A stretch of DNA of 50,873 nt from a virus. Taxonomy: Duplodnaviria; Caudoviricetes. The position numbers were made by a program, and so were the translations under genes. Below are positions 35,698-48,100 of this stretch, piece after piece. The notes beneath the pieces are model-generated. The model was not told the origin of the DNA. It ran no database searches and saw only the letters and a list, made by a program, of their open reading frames with translations. The first letter of the stretch is position 1; the number at the start of each line of letters is the position of its first letter. The DNA is taken from positions 1 through 50,873 of IMG/VR virus record IMGVR_UViG_3300048558_000003, one strand, 5' to 3'.

Positions 35698-35808
35698 TGC
35701 CCCATTTCTTCATCGTTAATCCAGCTATCTTTGATACCGGAGGCGGTGGAACTGGCACACCAATTGGACTTCTCTTGTCTCTAACATATGTTCCCTAAGG
35801 ATTAATTA

Positions 35809-36843
35809 ATGGTCGATAATATTGCAGTTACCGCAGGCGCAGGCACCACTATTGCTGCCGATGACGTTGGCGGTGCTCTACACCAGCGTGTAAAGGTTAC
35901 ATGGGGTCCTGACGGGACTGGTAATGATACTGATACCGCTACAGGTAAACCCCTCCCAGTACAGCTCAGAAGCTCTACAGGCACCGATCTAATCGGTACT
36001 GCTGGTTCTTCTTCTGCAGCTGTTCTCTCCGTTCAAGGCATTGCTTCTGGCACTGCTCTACCTATTTCAGTAGCTTCTATCCCTTCACACGCAGTTACCA
36101 ATGCTGGTACCTTTGCTGTACAAATAGATAGCAGTGCTATTACAGCTCTACAACTCATTGATGATGTTGTATACGCAGAAGACGTAGCTGCCCAAGCTGG
36201 TGATAAAGGTGTCCACGTACTATCCAGACGTTCTGACACAGCTGCGGCCACTGCAGGCACTGACGGAGATTATCAATCTCTAATATCAGACTCTACAGGT
36301 AAACTGCACGTCAATGTCGGAAACACTGTTACAGTAGGTGCTCATGCCCTCACCGCCGGTGAAACACACATTGGTGAAGTAGGCGGTAAGACTGTCGTAA
36401 AGACAATCACCATGACTGCAACAACCACTATCCTAGCCGCTGCAGATATTATCGCTGATACTCAGCAGATGGATGCTGCTCTGAGGGTAACTGATGGTAC
36501 TGGTGTAATCCAGAGTATGACCGTCTTTGACCCAGACGACAATGCTGCCTTTGCTTTCGATGTTTATATCCACAACACTTCCACCTCTATGGGTACGGAG
36601 AATGCGGCTATATCCATCTCAGATGCAAACGCTGCAGCTGGTATCCTAGGTGTTGTATCCTTTGCCACCACTGATGCTAAGGACCTGATTAACGGCCGTA
36701 TGTACCACAAAGCTAATCTGGGTATCCCAGTTACAGCTGTATCTGGTACTGATGACCTCTACTTCTCAGTAGTCAACGGTTCTGGTACTCCTACTTTTGC
36801 AGGTGGTAGTATGCCCATTCGTGTTGGGATATTGCAAGACTAA
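35809..36843 (+). CDS. Virion structural / fibre-like protein
   Basis: SD AAGGA; Ala/Thr/Asp-rich. Confidence 0.7.
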   Translation: MVDNIAVTAGAGTTIAADDVGGALHQRVKVTWGPDGTGNDTDTATGKPLPVQLRSSTGTDLIGTAGSSSAAVLSVQGIASGTALPISVASIPSHAVTNAGTFAVQIDSSAITALQLIDDVVYAEDVAAQAGDKGVHVLSRRSDTAAATAGTDGDYQSLISDSTGKLHVNVGNTVTVGAHALTAGETHIGEVGGKTVVKTITMTATTTILAAADIIADTQQMDAALRVTDGTGVIQSMTVFDPDDNAAFAFDVYIHNTSTSMGTENAAISISDANAAAGILGVVSFATTDAKDLINGRMYHKANLGIPVTAVSGTDDLYFSVVNGSGTPTFAGGSMPIRVGILQD

Positions 36844-37472
36844 TGCCCCTATTTGTAGGAACACGTAGAATACTAAGACCTGTACCTTCAGGTTCAGCGG
36901 CAATATCCGATCAAACCATTTGGAATTCTGCAGATAAAAACGCCTCTATAACGCTATCTGCTTCAGACAGGACCGCAACTTGTGGTTCAGGCGGCACTGC
37001 ACAAGGTGTTAGAAGCGTCGGATTTAAAAGTGGAGCTAGTGGAAAATACTACTTTGAAGTTGTTGTTTCATTTACTGTTGGAGACTGTTGGGTAGGAATT
37101 ACTCAGAGCAGTCAGTCTTTGAGCGCTTACCCAACCTCTTCTGATACAGATGCTTTAATCCTATACGCAGGTCTTCCTACCACCACAGAAGGTATCGTAT
37201 CTTCCGGGTCTTCATACGCGTCTCCGTCTCTCAGTTCTGGAGATAGTATGATGGTTGCTATAGATTTTGATAACAGTCGAGCATATTACGGGGCTGAAGG
37301 AAGTTGGTGGGATGGGGCTAATCCCGCCGGAAATACAGGAGGACTTGATATCTCCAGTAGAGTAGCAGGTAACTACTATATTTTTGGAGGAGGATCGATC
37401 AACACTGACGTAATAAATCTCCCCCAAACAGTAACATATACTCCTCCCTCCGGCTTCTCCGTATGGTCTTAA
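36843..37472 (+). CDS. SPRY/B30.2-like domain protein
   Basis: WNSADK..ITLS, SGKYYFEV, GD..MVAIDFD, YTPPSGF motifs. Confidence 0.75.
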   Translation: MPLFVGTRRILRPVPSGSAAISDQTIWNSADKNASITLSASDRTATCGSGGTAQGVRSVGFKSGASGKYYFEVVVSFTVGDCWVGITQSSQSLSAYPTSSDTDALILYAGLPTTTEGIVSSGSSYASPSLSSGDSMMVAIDFDNSRAYYGAEGSWWDGANPAGNTGGLDISSRVAGNYYIFGGGSINTDVINLPQTVTYTPPSGFSVWS

Positions 37473-37473
37473 A

Positions 37474-38271
37474 ATGAAATACACTCTACTCGAAATGGTT
37501 CAGGACGTACTCTCATCTTCTGATGGAGATGAGGTAAACAGTATTACTGATACTATCGAAGCAGATCAGGTCGCTAGAATTATCAGAGCTTGTTACTTTG
37601 ATATACATAGTACTTCTATGCCAGAAGCTACTACACTATATCAGTTAGAAGCATCAGGTAACTCTGCTAAACCTGTTATGATGACTAGACCATCAGACGT
37701 ACATAGCCTTATTACCCTTAAGTATAATAAAGCTACAGAAGACGATACTGATCCTCAGTTTGTAACACTTACTCCTCTGTCTATTGAAGAATTCTTCGAT
37801 AGAACTCATATGCTTAATCTCTCAGAAGATTATGTATCTAGTATGACACATACTATTGATGGAGATGACTTTACCTTCCTATATAGGACAGATAAAGCTC
37901 CTGATTGGTATACATGTATAGATGATCATACCTTCTTCTTCGACAGTATAGATACTGAAGTAGATACTACTCTACAGAAGTCTAAGACTTGGTGTCTAGG
38001 AGAGAAGGAAACTACTTTCCTACTTGAAGATGACTATGAGATTGATCTCGATGAGAGACAACACGTATGGCTATTGAATGAAGCTAAAGCTCTTGCATAC
38101 CAAGAACTTAAGCAACAGACACATGCATACGCAGAGAGAGCTGCTAAGAGACAGAGAATTAGAGCGCAGAAGACTAAGTACGTAAATAACGATGTAGGAG
38201 TTTACTATAACTCCCTACCCATCTTTGGTCGTAGGACCCCTGTTAATACTAACGCAGTTAAGATGCATTAA
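37474..38271 (+). CDS. Tail tubular protein A / adaptor
   Basis: TLLEMVQDVLS..DEVNSITDT.EA N-terminus; synteny. Confidence 0.8.
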   Translation: MKYTLLEMVQDVLSSSDGDEVNSITDTIEADQVARIIRACYFDIHSTSMPEATTLYQLEASGNSAKPVMMTRPSDVHSLITLKYNKATEDDTDPQFVTLTPLSIEEFFDRTHMLNLSEDYVSSMTHTIDGDDFTFLYRTDKAPDWYTCIDDHTFFFDSIDTEVDTTLQKSKTWCLGEKETTFLLEDDYEIDLDERQHVWLLNEAKALAYQELKQQTHAYAERAAKRQRIRAQKTKYVNNDVGVYYNSLPIFGRRTPVNTNAVKMH

Positions 38272-40382
38272 TGCCTAGACAGCTTGCTGTAGAAGCTGAG
38301 AATAACTTTTCTGGTGGCTTGGTAACTCAAGGCACTGGTCTCAACTTCCCTCCGAACTCTTGTACGGAGACAATCAATTGTATCCACCATGAACTGGGCA
38401 ACATTAAACGTAGACCCGGTTTTGATTTTGAGGATAACTTCACAGTAAAAACAATCGACAGGACTTCTTCAGCAGTATCTAACTTCTTCTGGAGGAACGT
38501 CTCTGGAGACGGTACAGTCAACCTTGAAGTACTCCAAGTAGGTGAAACTCTATACTTTTACCTACCCAGTAGTGCTGGTTTCTCTGCTGGTGCTCTAGCT
38601 ACTACAGTAGACTTAACTGACTTCATGCCCGCAGGAGCCCCTTCTCCGGGTACTTCTGAGTGTCAGTATGCTCCCGGTCTAGGACATCTATTCGTAACTC
38701 ACCCCACTCTAGAACCTTTCTACATAACTTATGATGAAGCTTTAGAGACCGTATCTACAGTACAGATCACAGTTAAGATCAGAGATACTGAAGGTATTGA
38801 CGATAGTCTCGATATAGATGAACGTCCTACTGTAGAAACTAACGCTCACAAGTATAATCTATATAACCAAGGATGGTATGCTAGTACATACTATGCCCAA
38901 TGGTTTGCATCTAGAGCAGACTATCCCAGTAATGCCGATACATGGTGGCTATTCAAGAACTTCGACGACCAGTTCGATCTAACCACTGTCTCCTCAGTAT
39001 TATACGATAGAGGTACTACTCAATCTGCTAGAGGCCACTACATCTTAGAAGCGTTCAATCAAGATCGCTCAACTGTATCTGGCATTGCCTCCTTAACTGT
39101 CGTAGACTCAGGCTACCAACGTCCCTCTGCCTGTGCATTCTATTCAGGTAGAATTTGGTACGCTGGTGTAGCTTCCAATGGTTTCGAGAGTAAGCTTTAC
39201 TTCTCCCAGATACTTCTGAACATAGAAGACGCTGGTAACTGCTATTCCAGAGAAGACCCTAGTTCTGAGAACTACGATCAACTACAGGCTGATGATGGTG
39301 GATGGTTAATCATTCCCGGTATCGGTCTAATCCGTAAACTAGTTCCCCTAGGTTCTAGTCTAATTGTATTTGGTTCCCAAGGTATATTCCAGATCACTGG
39401 TTCCACTGGTATAGGCTTCACTGCCCTAGACTACTCAGTCAACCAGATATCTTCTGTGAAATGTCTATCTGCCTCTTCCTTCGTAGACGTAGATGGCTTC
39501 CCCTCTTTCTGGACTATCGAAGGTATCTACGCAGTTCTACCCGGACAGAGTGGTAATAATCTACAAGTCCAAAGTCTGACTGACCAGAAAATCAAAGAGT
39601 ATTATCTTGACATCCCCCTTAATTGTAAACGTCTGGCCAGAGGGGCATATGATCCCAGAAGCCATACTATCCAATGGCTCTTTAGATCAGCTGAACCAGC
39701 ATCTCTCACACAAGCCTATGAGTTCACAGACGTACTCAACTTCAATACCATTGCAGGAGGCTTCTACCCTTGGACTCTTCCTGACTCAGACGTTACAGTC
39801 AATGGAATATTCCTCTCAGAAGGATTTGGAGCAGACCCTGATATACGTCAGGTAGTCGTAGGAGCTAACAACGTAGTTGTAGGTGCTAATAACGTAGCTA
39901 CAATTAGCTTCGGTGATCTAGTCCTAGAGTTCTCTAATAAGTTCATTGTCTCTTACCCAGAGAGTAGTACGTATAAGTTTACCTTCGCAGACTTCGCTAA
40001 CACAAGCTTCCTAGACTGGTTGTCTTATGATGACGTAGGTGAAGACGCTGAAGCTACCTTTACAGTAGGCTATAAGATACCTACTCAAGGGGCTAAGAGA
40101 TTTAACCCCACTTATCTATACCTCTTCTCAGATTTGAGAGACATAGATGAGACTGACTTCTACTTCCAATCCGTCTGGAACTTCTCTAATTCTGGGAATA
40201 GTGGTAAGGAAAGCTCTAGACAACGTATTACACACACCACGGGTAACTTCGATATAGTTCGTAATAGACTTAAGGTACGAGGTTCTGGCTACGTAGTGCA
40301 ATACAGATATACTTCTATTCCCAGTAAACCTTTTAATATCCTTGGATGGACAGTAAGTGACACCCTCGCAACCAGAGATTAA
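38271..40382 (+). CDS. Tail tubular protein B / nozzle
   Basis: NNFSGGL N-terminus, FYSGRIWYAG, LYFSQ; beta-propeller-like; synteny. Confidence 0.85.
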   Translation: MPRQLAVEAENNFSGGLVTQGTGLNFPPNSCTETINCIHHELGNIKRRPGFDFEDNFTVKTIDRTSSAVSNFFWRNVSGDGTVNLEVLQVGETLYFYLPSSAGFSAGALATTVDLTDFMPAGAPSPGTSECQYAPGLGHLFVTHPTLEPFYITYDEALETVSTVQITVKIRDTEGIDDSLDIDERPTVETNAHKYNLYNQGWYASTYYAQWFASRADYPSNADTWWLFKNFDDQFDLTTVSSVLYDRGTTQSARGHYILEAFNQDRSTVSGIASLTVVDSGYQRPSACAFYSGRIWYAGVASNGFESKLYFSQILLNIEDAGNCYSREDPSSENYDQLQADDGGWLIIPGIGLIRKLVPLGSSLIVFGSQGIFQITGSTGIGFTALDYSVNQISSVKCLSASSFVDVDGFPSFWTIEGIYAVLPGQSGNNLQVQSLTDQKIKEYYLDIPLNCKRLARGAYDPRSHTIQWLFRSAEPASLTQAYEFTDVLNFNTIAGGFYPWTLPDSDVTVNGIFLSEGFGADPDIRQVVVGANNVVVGANNVATISFGDLVLEFSNKFIVSYPESSTYKFTFADFANTSFLDWLSYDDVGEDAEATFTVGYKIPTQGAKRFNPTYLYLFSDLRDIDETDFYFQSVWNFSNSGNSGKESSRQRITHTTGNFDIVRNRLKVRGSGYVVQYRYTSIPSKPFNILGWTVSDTLATRD

Positions 40383-40833
40383 TATCAGAGAAGCTACGGC
40401 AGAAGACGTTAACTCCATCCTGTTGATGGCAGAACGCTTCTATGTCTCTACAGCTTACGCTAAAGTATCTGATTGGGAGGCCACCAGAGCCGCAGAAACA
40501 GCCCTCCAGTACATTAATTCGGATGCCCACCTACTTCTACTAGCTACTGTCAATGACCTACCAGTGGGCTTTATAATGGCTTTTAGAACCATTCCAATGT
40601 GGTCTAACACTCCTATGGGCATAGAGACTATCTTCTGGGTAGAACCTGAAGTACGTAACCTAGGTCTAGGACGCTTACTCAAAGCTAGTTATCTACAATG
40701 GTGCATTTTGAATGGTTGTGAACTCTGGTGTCTAGGTAATGCTCTCGACATTGAAACTACAGAAGAATTAGATAAAAGTTTGAAGAAAATGAATATGCTC
40801 CCCGCAGAAGCTATGTATGTAGGTAAAATCTAA
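40357..40833 (+). CDS. GNAT-family acetyltransferase
   Basis: IREAT.ED, FWVEPEVRNLGLGRLL acetyl-CoA motif. Confidence 0.85.
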   Translation: MTPSQPEINIREATAEDVNSILLMAERFYVSTAYAKVSDWEATRAAETALQYINSDAHLLLLATVNDLPVGFIMAFRTIPMWSNTPMGIETIFWVEPEVRNLGLGRLLKASYLQWCILNGCELWCLGNALDIETTEELDKSLKKMNMLPAEAMYVGKI

Positions 40834-42194
40834 TGCCCGCAGCACTACCCGCAGCATCTGTGGCAATATCAGCCGCAGGACTTGGACTTCAAATCTTCGG
40901 TGCTTCTGAAGCTGCTAATGCAGCTCGGGACAAAGCCGCGGCTGAGAAGCTAATCCAACAGGCTCAGATAGCTAAAATACTTGCCGAGCAAAAGGGGCAG
41001 GCAACACTGGCTGAAGTACAGAAAAACATGTACGAAATCCAGACTGCCCAGTCTAATCTGCAGAGCACAACTCAGAGACAACTGTTCGGACTGCAAGTCC
41101 AAGGTATTGACCTCTCTAAACAAGCTAACCAAGTTCAGAGAGGATTGAACCAAGTTAAGGCTGATGCTAATGCTCAGCTACAAGCTCTGAACAATCAGAA
41201 TGCAGCTCTAAACAATCAGGCATTCCAGATTGGTCAGCAGAACTACGGTCTGCAGATTGACCAGCTAGGTATACAGCAACAGCAAGTTGGTGTACAACAG
41301 GCTCAAGTTGGTGTACAGTCTCAGAGAGTAGACATACAAGCTAGAGTAGCTAAACTAGCTAATATACAGAACCAACGTAATGCCATTAGACAAGGACTAG
41401 CTGCACAAGCTGTAGGTACACAAGCCGCTACTAACCAAGGTGCCCTACAGTCGTCCAGAACGTCTCAGGTACGTGGCAATGCGGTTAACCAAGCTTACCA
41501 AGCAGTAGCTGCCTCTAACCAACAGAACCAAGCTCAACAGGCTGACTTCTCCCTGCAGCAACAGAACCTTGCCCTACAGAACCAGAACCTAGGACTACAA
41601 TCCCAGTACTACGGCGTACAGCAACAGATTGTAGGCAACCAAGCCTCTATCGCTGCTCTAGGCAATCAATCCTACAACCTAGGTGTACAAGCTAAGAATA
41701 TCCAATACGGAGTTAACCAAGCACAATTCGCTGCTGCTGATCAGCTCTATGGAATTCAAGATCAACAGTATGATCTAAGTAAACAGGGAATTGGAATACA
41801 GATACAAGCTTCTGCCATTAACGAAGATTTTGTTAATATGGCACGTAGCTGGAATACCCATCTAATCAACAGTAACCTGCAGACTTCTCAAGAAGTTGCC
41901 GCAGCTCAAGCTGCTGCTATCGCAGCTGGTGGGCAAATCTCTGACGCTAACTACGCTATGGCTCAGGCTGGAAGCTTAAGTGCAATTGGGGCTGGTGTAT
42001 CGTCATTCGGTAATCTAGCCGCATCAAGTAACTTCCAGACAGGTGTAAATAACATCAGTGGAGGTATCAGTAATGTCTTCTCAGGAAGCACTTCTGTAGG
42101 ACAACCTTTGAATATCTTACCTGCTGCAGCTCAATCTACTGTACCGTCTACATATGATCCCTATAACTCTACTTCCGCTGGATTTGTCTATTAA
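40833..42194 (+). CDS. Internal virion (ejection) protein, Gln-rich coiled coil
   Basis: Hydrophobic Ala/Gly N-terminus, long Q/N-rich helical tract. Confidence 0.75.
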   Translation: MPAALPAASVAISAAGLGLQIFGASEAANAARDKAAAEKLIQQAQIAKILAEQKGQATLAEVQKNMYEIQTAQSNLQSTTQRQLFGLQVQGIDLSKQANQVQRGLNQVKADANAQLQALNNQNAALNNQAFQIGQQNYGLQIDQLGIQQQQVGVQQAQVGVQSQRVDIQARVAKLANIQNQRNAIRQGLAAQAVGTQAATNQGALQSSRTSQVRGNAVNQAYQAVAASNQQNQAQQADFSLQQQNLALQNQNLGLQSQYYGVQQQIVGNQASIAALGNQSYNLGVQAKNIQYGVNQAQFAAADQLYGIQDQQYDLSKQGIGIQIQASAINEDFVNMARSWNTHLINSNLQTSQEVAAAQAAAIAAGGQISDANYAMAQAGSLSAIGAGVSSFGNLAASSNFQTGVNNISGGISNVFSGSTSVGQPLNILPAAAQSTVPSTYDPYNSTSAGFVY

Positions 42195-45100
42195 TGGATA
42201 CTATTACTCAAGATAACGAACCAGTCAGTCTACAGGAGGCACCTCCTCCAGTAACAGTAACCTTTGGTGATGAAGCTGTTCCAGCCATCAACATATCTGA
42301 TCCTTCTGCTCAAAGTCCTGACGACAATGTTCCCGTAATCAGTATTAGAAATTTAAATGAAGCTCCTGCTCTGACTGCCAATGGCATTCAACAGAAAGCT
42401 AAGACACTCCACTATGCCTTACAAGATAAGTCCCCCGGAGTAGCTAATCTAGAATCAGCCGTACAGTCTAATAAAGAAAATGAAATTAGAGTGTCAATGG
42501 CTTTTGCTGAGAAATATAAACAACAGCAAATTGCCGAAGGAATTATCAGAGAAGTAATCCGTACTCGGCAGGGAGAAGGACTTACCCCAGATGATGAAAC
42601 TCAAATTAAAACCCTAGTACAATCCGCAGGTCAAGTAGACCCTGAGACTGTCGTAGAGAAGGTCTGGGGCAGTAACTACGTACGAGAGCTTATGGGCTCT
42701 CCCTCTAAACTAGTAGCTGCTGGTATGGCTGCTGGCCCAGTTCCTGCTGCTGTAAGTGCTGGTACTGCTTCTAAGGTAGTAAGCACTCAACAGGTAGCTC
42801 TAGCTCTGAAACAGAAGCTGGATAAGAAGTGGGAAGACACTCCAATCCTAGGAAGCACTCAAGATGGACCGGACAAGCTTACTGCTTGGATACGTCCGAT
42901 TATACTTCCCGGTTCTGATTTATACCTCTTACACAATGTTATTGAAGAAGCCAAACCCTTCCTCAGAAGCTTCCTCCCCGGAAGCAATCTGAAGGAGATT
43001 AGAGATTACCTTTACTTAATTGGTCCTGAGAGGGCTAAACCTCTTATGGAGAAGGCTACAGACTATCTTTGGTCTGTATCCCCTAGTGCTGCCCGTAAGT
43101 TTGTAGATGCTGTGGTTCACTATCCTTCGGATGGTGCTGTAGTAGACAACATGTTCGGTGTGGTTGAGGTTGGTACTGCCATCCCCGGTAGTTGGCTAGC
43201 AAGAGGTCTACGTGGTGAGGCGGCTACTGCCAGAAAGATCATAGATACCTCCGTACCAGTCAAACTGTCCAAAGAGTTCGTAGAGTCCAACGTAAACACC
43301 CTATTCACCCACCAACAGAAGGAAGACCTCTTCAAATACGGTAAAATCACCGTCCGTGGTCCCGGTGGAAGATATGCTCCTTCTAAGGGTAGCGTATATG
43401 AGCTAGAGAAGGCCGCTGGTGCGTTTCCAGAGGATGGGAGCTACCTACCTAGCGGGCTAACGGAAGGCCGCTCAGTGGGCTTCCCTGAGGCTTCTAGAGG
43501 CATTCCAGAAGGGACCGTATCTGGCTTCAAAACTAGCAAGGGTTCTACCTATGAAATTGGAGAGGGTGGAGTAACCACAAGGAACAAAGCTCCTCGCAAT
43601 GAACCCGGCCATGAAGGTGATGCAGGACTGAAGGAAACTTCCGTCAGAACCATCTATGTGGACAAGGACAATCTGGGAAGGTTTGCTGTTCCTGATGGTG
43701 CAAACTTCAGAGTATTTGAGAACAAGGATGGCACCGTAGGTGTAGCCATCAAACCTAAGGATGGAAAGATGGGACCCACTCCCTCTTCTAAATCCATCCC
43801 AGTCAGTACTGAGCCTAAGGAAGGTCTCCACCCAATTGAACTGTGGGGACGTAAGAAAGAGTTCGGGACTGTAACCTACAACAACATGCATCCCGGTTCT
43901 GAGATTACAGAACTAACCCGTAAGGGTGGGTATAAGCCCTCCTACGGCTATAATCTCAATGTTCAGTTTGATACTGAAGCTTTCAAGGAATCTACTGCTA
44001 AAGTTGCTAAAGCCAGAGAGAACCTAGCTAATGCTAAGCAAGGTTTGAATGAAGCTGATGAAGCTGGAATGGCTAAAGCTCAGGATAAGATTTATAAAGC
44101 TCAGAAGGAATACGACGAGGCTCTAGCAGCTCGCGACAGTGTTTCAGTATATCGCTTTGATCCTGCAGTTAATAGAGCTACCCAAGGTCTCAAATCGTAT
44201 CTATCCGCTGGTGTACAGGCTCTTAAGACTGCTCCTACTGGTAATGGTACTGAGATTGTAAATGACATTCAAGCTACACTAACCACTCTCGGTAGAGCTG
44301 AGGAAGGTATCCGTGCAGGAGCTATGAGACGTACAGCAGAGATGCTGAATAAGAGTCCTAGTCCTGATCCTGCTCAAGCAATTAATTCCCTCAGTAAAGA
44401 CTTACCCTCTTACACTAGACCTAATAATATTGATGAACCCAATCCTTCCGCGCTCACGCGTGAAGGTTCTCTACGTATGTCTGAAGAGCTTCAGTACAAT
44501 GAAGATTTGCTTAATAAGACACTAGGTGGAGTTAGGGTTCAACGTCTCACAGAAGAAGACTTAGCTAAGGCATATAATCAGACTAAAGCTAAAGTAGTTT
44601 CTAAATATGCTGGAGATTTCCACAACTCAGTTCTAGACCAAGAGATGATCTACAATGCTGAGCAAAATGTCTATTATGTTAAGACAAAACTAGGTAAGAC
44701 AGACGCCACTGGATTTGCAGACGAATTCTCTGCTCGTAATACTTTGGCTATGCAATACGGCATTCCTATGAAGGATTTTGCCATTATCCAGCAAGGAGAC
44801 AGTTTCTATGGATTTATCCTCACCCCTCTAGATGAAACTGGAACTATTGCTTCTACACTAATCCCCACTAATAACTTAACTCCCTCTTTCATGGGAGAGA
44901 GTAACTTCTTCAAGAACTTCCGTAGCGCTGCTGATGAAACATCGCCACTGCAGATGCAGGCTAGATACGTTGCTTCTCATGCTCCCCAGAGAGTTAACAA
45001 GGTAGTCCAAGATATTGCTAACAGTGTTAATCTGACTGGCACAGAAAACAAACATCTTAATATGATGTTGAAGCAGTCTGAGCTAGACTTCGATGCCGCT

Positions 45101-48100
45101 GGCAATAAGGGTGTATGGTGGACACCTGCTAAACTAGAATTAGAATATGCCAAGAGGTTTGGAAACCTACCTTCTGCTGAGCTGATTAAAGGATACTATA
45201 CCTTCAAACAGTTGATGGACTTCGATTATGCCATTCGCAGTAACTACGTCTACTCCTACTGGACTAGATGGGGTGCTGAGAACTTCAGCTTTAAATGGGC
45301 TGAAGGACAATCGAACTCTTTCATGGGTAAGGTTGTAGATAAGATCGACTTCTCTAAGCAACGTGACCGTGGCATGCTGTTCATTGATGAACAGGGTAAA
45401 CCACATTACAAATGGACTAATAGTCAATACAGAATTGATGAGGACGGCTTCAGAACTAAGGTAGACACCCTCGTAAAGGAGAATGGCTATCAGATCATTG
45501 AACTCGCTCAACCTCTACGTCACCCTCTAAAAGACCTTAAGGGTGGTGATATCTACTATGTAGTCACTAGAAATGCTGAACGTACTCAGCTTAATCCCGG
45601 AGATATGCTACCCTACCGTGGTGGCCCTCACGTAGTCTATACTCACCCTCACTTCGTAGGACAGATGAAACTGTCTAAGGACGCTAAGGGGCAGTTAACC
45701 TACAACGGTGACACTACCTTCAGAGGTGGGTTTGTAACTGAAGAAGCTGCTAAAGCTTGGGCTATTAAGTACGATACTGCGCGTAAGATTATGAATACCG
45801 GAGATGACGCAGCACTAGCTGACTTCCTCCGAAATAACCTCCCTGAAGATGTAGACAGCTTTAAGAAACTATTCACTGGTGAAGATGGTCTGAACCAAGA
45901 CCTCCCTATTGCTTATCACGGTAATGGTAAGAATATTCTAGATAGGAATGAAGGACTATCTAGTGGAGACTACAACGGAGTTAACTATAACTACGGGGAC
46001 TATAAAGACTACTTTAACGACCATTCTAATCCTGAACAAGGATTGAATGCCGCATTCCTACAGGACCGTGCCAATCAATCGGTGATGGTTCCTAAAGATA
46101 TGGGGGTAAATGTTCCTCAGAGATTTGTTCTCGAAACTGCTGCTACACTCGATCCTTATATATCCATGCAACGTGGTATCGGACAAGCAATACGTCTCCG
46201 GTACATGGAAGATTATAAGGTACTTGCTGCTGAGAGCTATATTAAAGAGTTTAAGGATCACATCCACAACGCAAGTCCAGAAGCTCTACAACGTAATCCA
46301 ATCCACTATCTCTACGAAGGGCAAATCTCCACAGGAACCCCACACGAAGTAGCTGGACGTATGAAGGCTTACCAAGCGAATGTTAAGAGCTTCATTGGCA
46401 TGCAGTCAGAAATTGGACAAGACATTGCCCACTATGAAGCTAAAGCTGTGGAATTCCTCACCCGTAGATTTGGTGAGAATCGTGTAGCGAGCTTCATGGA
46501 GAAGCCTTTCGTCTCTGAGTATCTTCTGCCAATCATTAAAGACCCTGCAGCCTACGCCCGTGCTGCTGCGTTTAAACTACGTCTGGGACTGTTTAACCCA
46601 GTACAGTACTTCCAACAGGGACAGGCTGCTGTAGCTGTTCTGGCCATCTCTCCTAGAGCTGGTATGGAAGGTATTAAGATTGCTTCGTATATCCATACTG
46701 GAGGTAAATGGGCTTTAGATGATCCTGCTAAGTTTGATCACTATGTAAATATGATTACTAAGTCTTCTAAATGGACAAGAGATGAAGCTAGAGATGCTTT
46801 ACAAGCCTATAAAGACTCTGGCTATGGTATCGTAGGTTCAGAAGCTTCTCTGAAGAAGAATATGTTTGCTGATCCTAAACTCTTCCAGACACAAGCTGGT
46901 AAATGGTTGGATAAGGGAGACCTGTTCTTCAACGCTGGTGAAGGTTTTACTAGAGATACTGCCTTCTTTACTTCGTATCGTGAATGGTTGACCAACAACG
47001 TAGGACAGAAGCCTAATCAATATGATCTAGGTGAGATTATGCGTAGAGCTAGTGATATGAACTTCAATATGACTAGAGCCGCTAATTCAGCCATGCAAAG
47101 TAACTCTTATGCCTCTATTCCACTCCAATTCCAGACCTTTAGGTTTAGACAGATGGAGCTGATGCTCGGCGGTCTGTGGGGAGGTCTCACTGGTAAACCG
47201 GGGAGAATTACAGGCAAAGAGGCTGCTAGACTTTGGGCAACTTACTCAGTGCTCTATGGAATTCCCACAGGAACTTCCGCATGGGCAGGCTATAACTTCT
47301 ACGAAGATATACGGGTTAAAGCTAAAGAGTACGGCTTTAACTTCGATGATAATAAATTCGCTAAAGCTATGAACGAAGGTATTATTGCCTTCTCAGCATA
47401 CTTAGCAACAGGAAAGAACCTGAGCGTAGCTTCTTCTTGGGGTCCCGGTGCTTCTACACTTCCTAAGGATGTGTGGGATAGCTGGCACGATAAGGAAGGT
47501 GCTAAGACATGGGCAGAACTTATTACCGGACCTTCTGGTAGCAGTATTAAAGCTATCTACGAAAGCATGAAGCCTGTAGCTCGATGGGGTATTGGTAAGA
47601 TCACTGGTGAAGAATACCCACTCATGCCAGAAGACTACTCCAGATTTACTTCTATTGCAGCCACTACAGACAATGTACGTAAAGCTTGGCAAGCATACAA
47701 TCTACAGAAAGAGTTCACTAAAAATGGAACTCTGGTAGGTTCAGCTACCACTTGGGATGGTATTCTTAAGGCAGTGTTCGGTTTAAATAACCAAGACTAC
47801 CAAGATGCACTATTCAAGATTAAGAGTGATAAAGTAATCAGAGGATACCAAGAAGACGCTAAGAAAGAGATGCGCCCTCTATACCAGAAAGCTAAAGAAG
47901 CTTTGGCAGCTAATGAGACTGCTAGAGCTAAAGAATACATGGATCAAGCCAGAGTAATTAAACAGAAGAACGACATTTCAGATGCAGATGCTGCACAACT
48001 ATACCTAGAACAAGGAACACAAGGATTGAACGATACCGTTAACAGTTTGCTCTATAGGGCTCCTAAGGCATCTGAAAGAGAGCGTAACTACAATAGACTT

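Noticed and set aside
39852-39897. VVGANNV tandem duplication in the nozzle protein
   Set aside because: Real but trivial 7-aa loop duplication with no evident significance
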